A stretch of 64,000 bases of DNA from Nanobdellota archaeon (GTDB taxonomy: Archaea > Nanobdellota > Nanobdellia > Parvarchaeales > Parvarchaeaceae): assembly GCA_021810345.1 (NCBI GenBank), contig JAJZIX010000002.1, forward strand, positions 11,027-75,026. Direction: 5' to 3'. Numbering within the stretch: position 1 is the stretch's first letter; the number at the start of each line of letters is the position of its first letter. A program made the translations under genes and the position numbers. The notes under the pieces are model-generated. The model saw only the letters and a list, made by a program, of their open reading frames with translations. It was not told the DNA's origin and made no database searches. Of the stretch, positions 55,571 to 64,000 are shown piece after piece.

Positions 55571-56145
55571 TCCAGTACCAAATTATTACCCATTTTTACC
55601 CAGGCATATCTTATTTTCTTAAGATTGCTAATAAATTCACTTAATATTCCATCTTTTTCATATAATATTGTCCCCTCCTCTAATAATGATATATAAAATG
55701 GTCTAAACTCTGCTAGATCCTCTTTCTTTAAAATAACCTCACTTATGTACAGATGTAATCCTTTTGCAACTAATTTCTGTCTCATGGGATCAATTTCCTT
55801 AATTATTTGCTCTAACTTATCGAAATAGGTTAATACGTTTCCATCAACAACGACTAATATGTCTATGTCACTATAACTATTAAAAGTTCCCCGAGCAATT
55901 GATCCAAAAAGCATAATTCCAAGAACATTTTTATCCTGTTTAACCTGGTCTACAAATGTTAAGATATAATTTTGTATATCCATGTCTAATTTCAAAAAAT
56001 TTACTTTTTTCTTTATAAATTCATTAATAACATCAGAAAATGTAACTTTTTTATTCGACTTTGTCTGTATCATGGCCTTTGCATCAACAAGTGCATTATA
56101 CGCATTTTTATCAAGTAAAGTCTGCTTATATTTTTTGTTTCTCAT
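55558..56145 (-). CDS. Minimal nucleotidyltransferase (MNT family) with N-terminal RHH-like and C-terminal extensions
   Basis: Nucleotidyltransferase motif IMLFGSIARGTFNSYSDIDILVVVD. The N-terminus KKVTFSDVINEFIKKK is RHH-like. Confidence 0.7.
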   Translation of the reverse strand: MRNKKYKQTLLDKNAYNALVDAKAMIQTKSNKKVTFSDVINEFIKKKVNFLKLDMDIQNYILTFVDQVKQDKNVLGIMLFGSIARGTFNSYSDIDILVVVDGNVLTYFDKLEQIIKEIDPMRQKLVAKGLHLYISEVILKKEDLAEFRPFYISLLEEGTILYEKDGILSEFISNLKKIRYAWVKMGNNLVLEWKE

Positions 56146-56316
56146 ATGTGTTATGTATACATCATATATATAAAAGTTAATTCAAAAATAAGATATTATT
56201 GCTTTTCAGATGAAATATTATTAGATACTTTAATCAAATACCACTTAATTATAAGATTATTACGAAATTTTGATTATCAAAATAAACTAAAAGCCCAACG
56301 ACTAGAGAGATAAAGC

Positions 56317-56880
56317 TTATATTGTCTTTACTTCTTTCTTCCTTTTATCTCTTAATTCAAATATAACCGCTTGTATCTTCTTAGCTTCATCAACATTTAA
56401 TGCTCTAAGATAATTTACACTTGATATACGCGCATTATTTAACACTATCATCCCACCAATAGGAGATATATATAGAGAGGTTAATCCTAATATCCTATCT
56501 GCAATAGATCTGTTCATCACAACATCTTGGACCATCTCAAGAGGTAATGAATCTACCGAGTAACCTATTATACCTCTTCCGCTTATTAGCCTATTATTTG
56601 TTATCCAGTATCTATATTTATTGTAAGATACTATAGAAACGAAAATCCCAATTAGTATAACGGCAAACATAATACCAAAGAAGGATATAAGAATATATGG
56701 AGTTGGAAGAGGTGGAGTACCGGTTGCTAAGAGTAAGGAGCTAAAAACCGCAATAATAATACCAGCTATAACCACTCCAATGAATCTCTGCAGTATGAAA
56801 CCCCTTTTGTTTGGTCTAACCTCGTATTCTATAGTTTCCCCTTGCTGCAAAGAAAAAGGTAATTCTGCTTCTGTCGCCAT
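56317..56880 (-). CDS. Bacterial-PH (bPH_2/DUF304, YdbS/YdbT-like) domain membrane protein
   Basis: Two TM helices follow an N-terminal cytoplasmic stretch, then a PH-like C-terminal domain; the layout is typical of DUF304. Confidence 0.5.
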   Translation of the reverse strand: MATEAELPFSLQQGETIEYEVRPNKRGFILQRFIGVVIAGIIIAVFSSLLLATGTPPLPTPYILISFFGIMFAVILIGIFVSIVSYNKYRYWITNNRLISGRGIIGYSVDSLPLEMVQDVVMNRSIADRILGLTSLYISPIGGMIVLNNARISSVNYLRALNVDEAKKIQAVIFELRDKRKKEVKTI

Positions 56881-57283
56881 TATAATAAGCTGTTTATAAG
56901 ATATTTAAGCTTTTCTGCATAGTATAAATATGCTAAATAATGGGTTAATCGTTATAATAAATAAATTAATATTAAGATAATATTATTGTTATCTATATAT
57001 TGAATATTATATCACTTTATTTATAATAAGCCTGACGCTTTTGCTGCTTTTTATAAGGCAGATGATGATAATTATAGTATTGATTATAATATTATAAATA
57101 ATAAAATAGTACTATCGAATTTAATATTATTTTATCATACTATATATTTGAATAATCCTTGTGCGTATGCAGTTATCCCAACCAATATAGTGTATGTGTA
57201 ATTCGTAGAAAAATAAATTATTACAATAATGGGATTTATTTTTATTGCCCCGCCAGCAGCAAATGTATACCGCGTCCTTTGTT

Positions 57284-57892
57284 TTAGCTCTTTTTATTTG
57301 ACTTGCCGTTGTCATTAGACTTTTTATCTCTAAGCTCTTCTCTCAAAAAATTGTATATTACTGGTGCAGCGCTGAGCAATGATAGTGGTATTACTAAAGA
57401 GGCATATGTAAGCTGACTGAAATAATTGTACATCCCGCTGTCTAACATATAATTATGTGCGGTGACGACTGTTTCAGCTAATCCTACCCCAAGATAAAGA
57501 CTACTTGTTACTTTCTTTTGGCTTAAACGTGAATACTTATGAGCGAGTGCTCCGAGTAAGTAGCCTCCATACAGGAAAAGGAACATGCTTGAGACCGCTT
57601 CTGGTATAAGTCCCAGTTTCTGTATAAAAATTGATGGGGCGTAGTTACCCTCATGCAATCCCTTATACTCTATGCCGAAGTATGTTGAAATCCTATCGGC
57701 GAGCATCGTAATAGCAGAAAATGAAAAGGCGTACTTTGATTGTTTTATTGCATTTTTTATTGATATTAGGTGCTTGTACAAAGAATTCTTAACCCTGTGC
57801 CCAAAATTATATCTCTTGTTTACAGGATTAGATGCATTGTATTCATACCCGTTTTGGCTGCTCTCATCGAGCAGGTTGTCGAGAGAATGCAT
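57284..57892 (-). CDS. Hypothetical membrane protein (202 aa)
   Basis: Hydrophobic helices and a Lys/Asn-rich C-terminus. Adjacent to the 57896 gene. Confidence 0.4.
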   Translation of the reverse strand: MHSLDNLLDESSQNGYEYNASNPVNKRYNFGHRVKNSLYKHLISIKNAIKQSKYAFSFSAITMLADRISTYFGIEYKGLHEGNYAPSIFIQKLGLIPEAVSSMFLFLYGGYLLGALAHKYSRLSQKKVTSSLYLGVGLAETVVTAHNYMLDSGMYNYFSQLTYASLVIPLSLLSAAPVIYNFLREELRDKKSNDNGKSNKKS

Positions 57893-57895
57893 TGC

Positions 57896-58333
57896 TCAAG
57901 GCGAATATCCAGAGCCAGACAGTCCATTTATGTATTGATCTAATACTCTGTCTATAACTCCCTTATTTATAAGATATTTTGCGGACTTAACCAATGCGTT
58001 GGAAGATCTGTTAATGCGGCTGTTATATATGAAACCGACCATCCCGGCCACCATAATTCCTGTGGTTAACGCCGATCCGTCTACTAATGTCATCAGTGCC
58101 CCGCCAGCAGCCATTGTAGCGGTTAGTGCCGTAATACTGTTGTATAATGCATTTGGGTTGTAGCCGGCCTTTACTGCAGTATCTCTCACATAAGAATCGA
58201 ATGCATATTTCGTCATTACATTAGGGAATCCCAAATTGGACAGGTAGTTTCTTTCCTTTAATATTACTTTATTTATCTTCTCTGCGGGTACACCGTTCGC
58301 TTTTAGAAGATCTGCAAGTTTTTTTGATACCAT
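57896..58333 (-). CDS. Hypothetical protein (145 aa) with a Gly/Ala-rich hydrophobic segment
   Basis: ORF carrying the segment TATMAAGGALMTLVDGSALTTGIMVAGMVGFI. Confidence 0.4.
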   Translation of the reverse strand: MVSKKLADLLKANGVPAEKINKVILKERNYLSNLGFPNVMTKYAFDSYVRDTAVKAGYNPNALYNSITALTATMAAGGALMTLVDGSALTTGIMVAGMVGFIYNSRINRSSNALVKSAKYLINKGVIDRVLDQYINGLSGSGYSP

Positions 58334-58610
58334 AGTTCAACCTCCTATTATCTAACTTTTCATTACTATTAAAGGATTATACTGGTATATAAAGTTTTAG
58401 GCATGGGAAAGTATTTAAAGATGCTAAAATAATATCTAAATAATGGAGAAGAAAGAAAAGGTCGATAAGAATTCAAAGGACGAAGCTGGTTGCCCTTGCG
58501 GTGGGAGCTGTGGCTGCTCAGATTTCTATTGACGGCAGTTAGACATTTACAGATTTGTTATATTCAATAGTAGAAAGTTTTATATATAACCAGCCGTCAA
58601 TGATAATCAA

Positions 58611-59246
58611 ATGAAAAATGGGCTTGATCGTATTGTCTCATTAGGCAGACTTAAATATTCTGATCTGACTTCAGGGGATACAGACGAATTGGAAAACAAA
58701 ATTACAGCTTTGCTGGGCGCCATAGATTACAAAACAGCTATGCAGGACCACAGAAAACACAAAGTCTACTATAAACAGCTCGACCCAAAACCGGATCCAG
58801 GTATCAGGAGCCTTGGGCTTGAGATACTTCTAAATAAGGCGGAGCCAGATAAATTTGTAAGTCCGCTTTCATGTGTAATGACCAGAGAGGGTAAATTAAC
58901 AGGTTATACAATGGAGTACATACCTGGGAGAACTTACACCGAAGCAATAAAAGCCTTAAAGGAAGAAGGAACCGCTTACATCGATACAGCAGTGGGTTAC
59001 TTGAGGCTTGTGAAGAACGGTCTATCCTCTCTGCATAGAAAGGGTCTCTATCATGGCGATGTTTGGGGAAAAAACATTGTAATAACTCCATCGAATGACA
59101 TAAAATTGATAGACCCATGGTATAAAGATGATAGATCTCGAGGATGCCAGTACGATATGATTTTAGTGCGTGAAATGTACCGCGAGCTGCTTAAAGAACA
59201 GAAAAAGGAGCACAATGAGAAGTTAGGCGACGACTTAAATTTTTAA
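58611..59246 (+). CDS. Small atypical protein kinase-like protein (RIO/Kdo-kinase-like catalytic core)
   Basis: Catalytic-loop-like LYHGDVWGKNIVI and metal-binding-like IKLIDPW. At 211 aa it is only a minimal kinase fold. Confidence 0.45.
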   Translation: MKNGLDRIVSLGRLKYSDLTSGDTDELENKITALLGAIDYKTAMQDHRKHKVYYKQLDPKPDPGIRSLGLEILLNKAEPDKFVSPLSCVMTREGKLTGYTMEYIPGRTYTEAIKALKEEGTAYIDTAVGYLRLVKNGLSSLHRKGLYHGDVWGKNIVITPSNDIKLIDPWYKDDRSRGCQYDMILVREMYRELLKEQKKEHNEKLGDDLNF

Positions 59247-59281
59247 ATACACCATTCGTGTTATAGTATCTAGGAGGTATT

Positions 59282-59485
59282 ATGGGAGAAATAGGAAAAA
59301 TAACAGAGATAATGAGCAGTTCTAACAAGAGCTTTGAGGACGCTATTTCCAAGGCCGTTGCTAGGCTACAGGAAAAGGGGGAGAAGGATATTCGCGGACT
59401 AAAAGTAAAAAACGTATCCGTTTCGGTAAAGGACGGGAAAATAGCAGAATGGCGCGTTAATCTTAAGGTTTCATCAGAATTTTAG
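59282..59485 (+). CDS. Dodecin-family small flavin-binding protein
   Basis: 67 aa. Pattern IGKITEI..SS.KSFEDAISKAV....DIRGLKV.NVSV.V.DGKI..WRV.LKVS matches the dodecin beta-alpha-beta-beta fold family. Confidence 0.55.
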   Translation: MGEIGKITEIMSSSNKSFEDAISKAVARLQEKGEKDIRGLKVKNVSVSVKDGKIAEWRVNLKVSSEF

Positions 59486-60264
59486 TCCTTTTCGCGCCAC
59501 TGTGACTTCTTGATGGCTATGACAAGTGCAACCGAAGCTATAGCCAGCGTTATAACCCAATCGAGCGAGATGTTTAAGCTTGATAGATGAATTAAGCCAA
59601 GTGCATTTTGGGCAATTTCTGCTGCGTATGTAGTCGGAGAGAGATAGGCAAGATACCTAAAAGGCAGTGGGATGTAGGTTATTGGGTAGTAAATAGGGGA
59701 TATTGTAGATAAGATGACAGATAGTACGCCCCCAAATGCAAAATTCTGTATTATGTCGCTTGACACTGTCGATAAGAGGAAGCCTATAGACAGGGCCATT
59801 ACAAACATCACAATTATCGCCGCCGATATCGTCAGGATCACCATTAGGGTTATATGCACAAAAATGGCTATAAGCGCCCCTAAAAGTATAAAAGTTGGTA
59901 TAGAGTAGGCAAGCTCTGATATCGCCATCCCGATAACATACATAACGGCGCTTGTAGGAGAACTCACGACCATATCCTGCCATTTTAGGTCTATTTTAAG
60001 ATGGGCTAGGTCCTGCTGTATCCCAACCCCAGAGAATATTATCGACATCATAAACGCCCCTACAAGCGCGACATCTAGGAGCGCACCATGGCTTATGAAT
60101 ATGACAACAGCCATAACTCCAATCGTCCCAAGTATCGTATTAAGGAGTATTATTGGGTGGTTTTTCATTGGGTATATCGAATTCACGAGCACTGACGAAT
60201 ACAGTTGGCTAAGCCTACTCCTCATTTTCATATTCCTTCCCCACAAGCGTGTAAAATATATCAT
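59482..60264 (-). CDS. ABC-2 family transporter permease
   Basis: 260 aa, 6 TM. Overlaps the upstream ATPase gene end. Confidence 0.7.
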   Translation of the reverse strand: MIYFTRLWGRNMKMRSRLSQLYSSVLVNSIYPMKNHPIILLNTILGTIGVMAVVIFISHGALLDVALVGAFMMSIIFSGVGIQQDLAHLKIDLKWQDMVVSSPTSAVMYVIGMAISELAYSIPTFILLGALIAIFVHITLMVILTISAAIIVMFVMALSIGFLLSTVSSDIIQNFAFGGVLSVILSTISPIYYPITYIPLPFRYLAYLSPTTYAAEIAQNALGLIHLSSLNISLDWVITLAIASVALVIAIKKSQWREKD

Positions 60265-61141
60265 CCAGCGAAACCTTACCGAAGCTGAATTCTACACGCT
60301 TTTTTATGAGCTTTTCGATGATTGTTTTAGCAGATTTTTCTGTCGTAAGAATCTGCATCCCCTTCTCGCTCTTTATCACGACTCCGTTCCTTACTCTTAT
60401 GCCCACCCGTTTTGCGCTGGCCCTTATGCTGTAGGGGTATTTTAACGAGTTAATGAGATCAGCTAATGTTCCTGCCGAGATAACCTTCCCCTTGTTTATC
60501 AGGATTATATAGTCGGACAGACTCTCCGCTTCCTCAAGATAGTGCGTTGTGAGGATTATCAGCCTGTCTTTCTTTAACTTATTAAGAACTCTCCACACTT
60601 CCTTCCTAGAGATCGGGTCAAGCCCTGTAGTCGGCTCGTCCAAAAAGATTATTTTTGCGTCCGAAGCTATAACAGTAGCTAGCATCAGCTCCCTCTTCAT
60701 TCCACCAGATAGTTTGTGGGACAGCTTATTAAAGAATTTCTCGTCCAAGCCGACTGTCTTAAGCGCATCAACCGCCTTCATCTTTGCCTCCTTAAGGCCG
60801 ACCCCTCTGAGCATAAGGTAAGATGAAACTATCTGAATCGGCGTCATCCAGGGTATGGGCCTCGATTCCTGGGGTACTATGGCGATCTTGTTTCTGAGCT
60901 CGGAAGGATTATTTATAACATCTATCCCATCCAGCTCGACTCTGCCCTTAGTTGGCATCAATTCGGTTGCTAGGATTCTTATGAATGTAGTCTTTCCGGC
61001 CCCATTTCGGCCTATTATGGACGTTATCCCGCTTAGTTTTAGGTCTAAGTTGAGTGGCCCGAGCGCCCTCTTCCCTTCATACTTTTTAAGCAGTCCGCTA
61101 CATTTTAGTTCAACCATAGCTATTATAATATAGTGCTCCAA
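60215..61141 (-). CDS. ABC transporter ATP-binding protein (ABC-2 exporter)
   Basis: Walker A GRNGAGKTT, signature LSGGMKRE, Walker B IFLDEP. Confidence 0.85.
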   Translation of the reverse strand: MEHYIIIAMVELKCSGLLKKYEGKRALGPLNLDLKLSGITSIIGRNGAGKTTFIRILATELMPTKGRVELDGIDVINNPSELRNKIAIVPQESRPIPWMTPIQIVSSYLMLRGVGLKEAKMKAVDALKTVGLDEKFFNKLSHKLSGGMKRELMLATVIASDAKIIFLDEPTTGLDPISRKEVWRVLNKLKKDRLIILTTHYLEEAESLSDYIILINKGKVISAGTLADLINSLKYPYSIRASAKRVGIRVRNGVVIKSEKGMQILTTEKSAKTIIEKLIKKRVEFSFGKVSLDDIFYTLVGKEYENEE

Positions 61142-61215
61142 GTATTTATTTTACACAGTGAACTCTACAAATTTATATAACGATTTCAATTAAAATGGGT
61201 ATAACTTAGAATTTT

Positions 61216-61689
61216 TTAAGCTGATTTCTCTATTTTATTCTGCAAGCATGAGATTATCTGTTTCACCGTTGTGCTTATAGCATCGTTTATGACCGATTCG
61301 CCGAATATTTTTGCAAGCATTCCTATCTCTATAGTCGCTGCCCAATTGACGGCAATTTTACTGTTTTTTTCTTCAAGGTCTATCTTTATTAAAACCGAGA
61401 ACTTTAAACCTGCTGCCGAGCCCTTTCCATTTATCTCCACATGCTTCTGGTCTTCCTTGTTTGACAGCCCACCCTGAAACTTTATGTTTATATTGGACAG
61501 GTAAGACGCCCCAAGGAATTTGTTTGTGTACTTTGATACATCTGGATTGAATCTAAGGTCAAAATTGTCTCCATCCACCGATATTGAAGTGACATCTGGC
61601 AGGCACTTTGAGAACTCATTGACATCAGAGACGACCGACCAAACTCTGCTCTTATCCGCTGAAACTTCAAACGAATCTTTAAGGTCCAT
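61216..61689 (-). CDS. SRPBCC-superfamily protein, CoxG-like (carbon monoxide dehydrogenase subunit G family)
   Basis: The N-terminus MDLKDSFEVSADKSRVWSVVSDVNEFSKCLPDV matches the CoxG/SRPBCC start pattern. Confidence 0.55.
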   Translation of the reverse strand: MDLKDSFEVSADKSRVWSVVSDVNEFSKCLPDVTSISVDGDNFDLRFNPDVSKYTNKFLGASYLSNINIKFQGGLSNKEDQKHVEINGKGSAAGLKFSVLIKIDLEEKNSKIAVNWAATIEIGMLAKIFGESVINDAISTTVKQIISCLQNKIEKSA

Positions 61690-61787
61690 AATATTACGCA
61701 GTCTGAAACATGCTGATTTTAGTGCGATTCACTTGCATAATAGCACTCATAAGCTTAAATATCTTTGGCCAAGAGCTACCGATTTGT

Positions 61788-62303
61788 TCAGTTCAGTACC
61801 TTATAATGCAGCCTAACTTCGTTCTTTGAGAATCTTTTAGCATCAACAAGCTTCAGTTTTTTGTAAAACTCCTCATCTGAAAATAGCCTTATCCCCCTGC
61901 CGAAGACAACCGGTTCCACATTCAGGTAGATATCATTCACAAGGCCCATCTTTATAAAACTTGTGGCCAACTTGCCACCTGCGACCATCGCTTCGCTGTA
62001 TCCATTCTGCTCGACAATCTTCAGTATTTTTCTTGGGGACGCGCTAGTGACTATCACATTCGGCCACTTATTTTTTACCTTGTGCTTGGTCACTAAGATA
62101 TTGAGCCCTTTGAGGGGAAAATTGCCTTTCTTTACTGCCACATCGAAGGTCCTCCTACCTACGATGTTAACCTGTATTTTATTTATCATTTTGATGAAGT
62201 CTGCTTTTGCCCTTTTGGAGGAGAAACCATGGTCACTGGCTGTTGCTATCATCCCGTTTGGGGTTATATGCATGTAAACTATCACTTTTACTGACATGAT
62301 CAA
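61788..62303 (-). CDS. Dihydrofolate reductase-like protein (RibD C-terminal domain family)
   Basis: 171 aa. DHFR-like fold signatures include ITPNGMIA and IVGRRTFD. Overlaps the folE stop by 4 nt. Confidence 0.6.
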   Translation of the reverse strand: MIMSVKVIVYMHITPNGMIATASDHGFSSKRAKADFIKMINKIQVNIVGRRTFDVAVKKGNFPLKGLNILVTKHKVKNKWPNVIVTSASPRKILKIVEQNGYSEAMVAGGKLATSFIKMGLVNDIYLNVEPVVFGRGIRLFSDEEFYKKLKLVDAKRFSKNEVRLHYKVLN

Positions 62304-62728
62304 CTCTTAAGCAACAGCTCCAAGGCTTCTGCTCTGGCGTCTGCATCATTTTTAAAGATTCCTCTGATGGCGCTAGACCTTGTCTCTGCCTTTACGGATT
62401 TCACACCTCTCATTTCCATACACAGATGCCTTGCCTTTATCACTACCATAACCCCCCTTGCTTGCGCGTTTTCGTAGAGAAAATCAGCTATCTCCTTTGT
62501 TAGTCTCTCTTGTACTTGCATCCTTGCCGAAAAGAACCTTATTATTCTAGGGATCTTTGATAAGCCAATGATTTTCTTGCCTGGGATATAAGCTATTGAA
62601 ACTGTACCGAAAAACGGCAGAAGATGGTGTTCACACATTGAGTAAAAGGCTACATCCTTAACCGCCAGTATATCATCATATCCGGAGTTGTCAAAAAGAG
62701 TTATTTTGGGCAGCTTACCTTCATCCAT
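62300..62728 (-). CDS. folE: GTP cyclohydrolase I (FolE), C-terminal 142 aa in frame; the N-terminal ~40 aa are encoded upstream (to 62856) in another frame (apparent 1-nt frameshift)
   Basis: Has VAFYSMCEHHLLPFFG and IGLSKIPRIIRFFSARMQVQERLT. The upstream out-of-frame text MDKKKVEMLVAELLKELGVDKKSE / GVSEYPKRVASAYEEIFAG matches the FolE N-terminal helix region (compare E. coli TPHRIAKMYVDEIFSG). Confidence 0.75.
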   Translation of the reverse strand: MDEGKLPKITLFDNSGYDDILAVKDVAFYSMCEHHLLPFFGTVSIAYIPGKKIIGLSKIPRIIRFFSARMQVQERLTKEIADFLYENAQARGVMVVIKARHLCMEMRGVKSVKAETRSSAIRGIFKNDADARAEALELLLKS

Positions 62729-62955
62729 GCCTGCAAATATCTCCTCATAGGCGCTCGCTACTCTTTTTGGGTATTCAGAAACGCCTCAGACTTTTTGTCT
62801 ACACCTAGCTCTTTTAAAAGCTCCGCGACAAGCATTTCTACTTTCTTTTTGTCCATACCACCATATCTAAGCGTTTCTTTAGGATTTAAGTATTTTTTAC
62901 AGTTCGATGTACTGGCTGCGAATTAGTATCTAAGAATACTCAAGATTGGCTTGCA

Positions 62956-64000
62956 TCAAGACAATAGAAGCGCAGCATTTACCAAATCCTTAGCCGGCGA
63001 ATAGATATCACTGTAGGTTTTTTCAATGGATTCTGATACAATTGCCTTTAGCAGGTTTATCGGTATTGAAGTCTGCTTTGATACCTCGGATAGATCTACT
63101 TTGTCAAGTTCCGGCCAGAGCAGCTTGATCCGGTCTGTCTTTGATGGTGTGCTAACACCGAATTTTTTGGCCACAACATCGCTTACTTCTTTGCCTATCT
63201 GCCTACACGTGCTTAGCTTGCCGCCGCCTATTGTTGCTATCCCATGTAATCCATCAATCTTCTCATGATCAAATATCTTGAAATCTCTAGTTACTTCCCT
63301 GCTGTCCGCTTCGCCCCCAGTTGCTATCAATGGCCTTACACCCGCATAATATCTCTCAATCGGCTGGTTTTTCACGGCAGGGATGAGTTTACTCCCTTCC
63401 GAGACCAAAAACTTTGGATCATCTTCGTCTATCTCGACTTTATCCGGATCCTCCGCTATAAATGAAGTAGTACCGATTATTGATTTGCCAAAAAATGGTA
63501 CTATTATGTCACCATCCGATGGCGGCCTGAGCCTATTGACAACGAGATTTGAGAATTTTCTGTCGAGCACTACCATCGTGCCAGCTGAAGATATGGTTTT
63601 TACGCTGTTTATCCCCAGCATGTCCAATATCCTGCTTATCCATGGCCCGCTCGCATTTATCACAAAATCCGTGTCGACAACTCCTGTTTTTCCAGTCAAA
63701 GTATCCTTTACTTTTATGTCCTTGATAGTTTTATCCTGTACATCAAAACCGACAACTTCGGTGTTAAGCTTGATCTTAGCGCCCTCGCTTTTTGCTGTCA
63801 ACATCAGGCTAGTTATAAGCTTGAAAGAGTTTATGACCTTATCTGGCACCTTAAACGCTGTTATTATGGATTTGGACAGAAATGGTTCGGCCTCAAGCAA
63901 TGCTTTTACGTCGACCTGCTCAGCTGGTATACCGGCTGCTTTGCATCCCTTCTCAAAATCGCCAGCGTAGCTTTTATCATCGCCCTCCAGCTCTACAAAG
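62956..64000 (-). CDS. glpA: FAD-dependent glycerol-3-phosphate dehydrogenase-like oxidoreductase (GlpA/GlpD family), C-terminal part; the gene continues past the window end
   Basis: The reading frame stays open from 63900 to the window edge (…FVELEGDDKSYAGDFEKGCKAAGIPAEQVDVKALLEAEPF…). The C-terminal region has the DAO/GlpA-like substrate domain. Confidence 0.55.
   Translation of the reverse strand, partial: FVELEGDDKSYAGDFEKGCKAAGIPAEQVDVKALLEAEPFLSKSIITAFKVPDKVINSFKLITSLMLTAKSEGAKIKLNTEVVGFDVQDKTIKDIKVKDTLTGKTGVVDTDFVINASGPWISRILDMLGINSVKTISSAGTMVVLDRKFSNLVVNRLRPPSDGDIIVPFFGKSIIGTTSFIAEDPDKVEIDEDDPKFLVSEGSKLIPAVKNQPIERYYAGVRPLIATGGEADSREVTRDFKIFDHEKIDGLHGIATIGGGKLSTCRQIGKEVSDVVAKKFGVSTPSKTDRIKLLWPELDKVDLSEVSKQTSIPINLLKAIVSESIEKTYSDIYSPAKDLVNAALLLS

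Noticed and set aside
57249-58102. 14-nt repeat gccccgccagcagc at 57249 and 58088
   Set aside because: Short, in different reading frames of unrelated ORFs, with no extension of similarity on either side. Most likely chance.
63383-63970. 195-aa plus-strand ORF
   Set aside because: It lies antisense to the glpA-like gene, whose frame is open to the window edge and has recognisable FAD-dependent dehydrogenase features. Its Ser/Thr/Leu-rich translation is typical of an antisense frame.
1-64000. CRISPR arrays, integrases, transposases, rRNA genes
   Set aside because: No regularly spaced direct repeats with unique spacers were seen. No integrase, tyrosine-recombinase or transposase-like ORF and no rRNA-like conserved stretch was found on either strand.

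Overview
This is a 64-kb archaeal chromosomal segment. The archaeal assignment rests on fibrillarin/Nop5, archaeal-type phosphoglycerate mutase ApgM, pyruvoyl SAM decarboxylase, an Agl3-like UDP-sulfoquinovose synthase and Thr/Pro-linker lipoprotein-style binding proteins. Positions 1-39.5 kb are a dense core/housekeeping region: a dnaJ 3' fragment, a GT4 glycosyltransferase, a surface protein and tRNA-Asp, followed by an oxidative-damage/base-excision-repair cluster (bcp, nth, xth, a KaiC-like ATPase, polX). Next come apgM, fibrillarin/Nop5, an agl3/agl4-like sugar-nucleotide pair, hisS, speH, sod, and glnA with a gatC-gatA-gatB-aspS operon carrying a bacterial-type AspRS plus an asparaginase-family gene. 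A maltodextrin/starch ABC uptake locus with membrane-anchored GH15 and GH13 enzymes, a processive GT2 and an orphan cytochrome b complete this part. Positions ~39.5-58.4 kb look like a lower-GC accessory island. It holds an AbiE-like toxin-antitoxin pair in inverted order and two tandem modules that each pair a DUF218 protein with an ABC exporter. It also holds an APH-like kinase, several membrane proteins, and a cluster of three minimal nucleotidyltransferases with one classical MntA-HepT pair. Two genes 650 nt apart share a near-identical ~90-nt 5' module (ribosome-binding site plus the first 26-34 codons) although their C-terminal domains are unrelated (a glycine-zipper membrane protein and a nucleotidyltransferase). 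Two paralogous unknown-function genes also carry conserved 5' and 3' flanks. The last 5 kb contain an ABC-2 exporter, a dodecin, a CoxG-like protein, a DHFR-like protein, an apparently frameshifted folE, and a glpA-like gene truncated at the window edge. No CRISPR array, integrase or transposase was seen.
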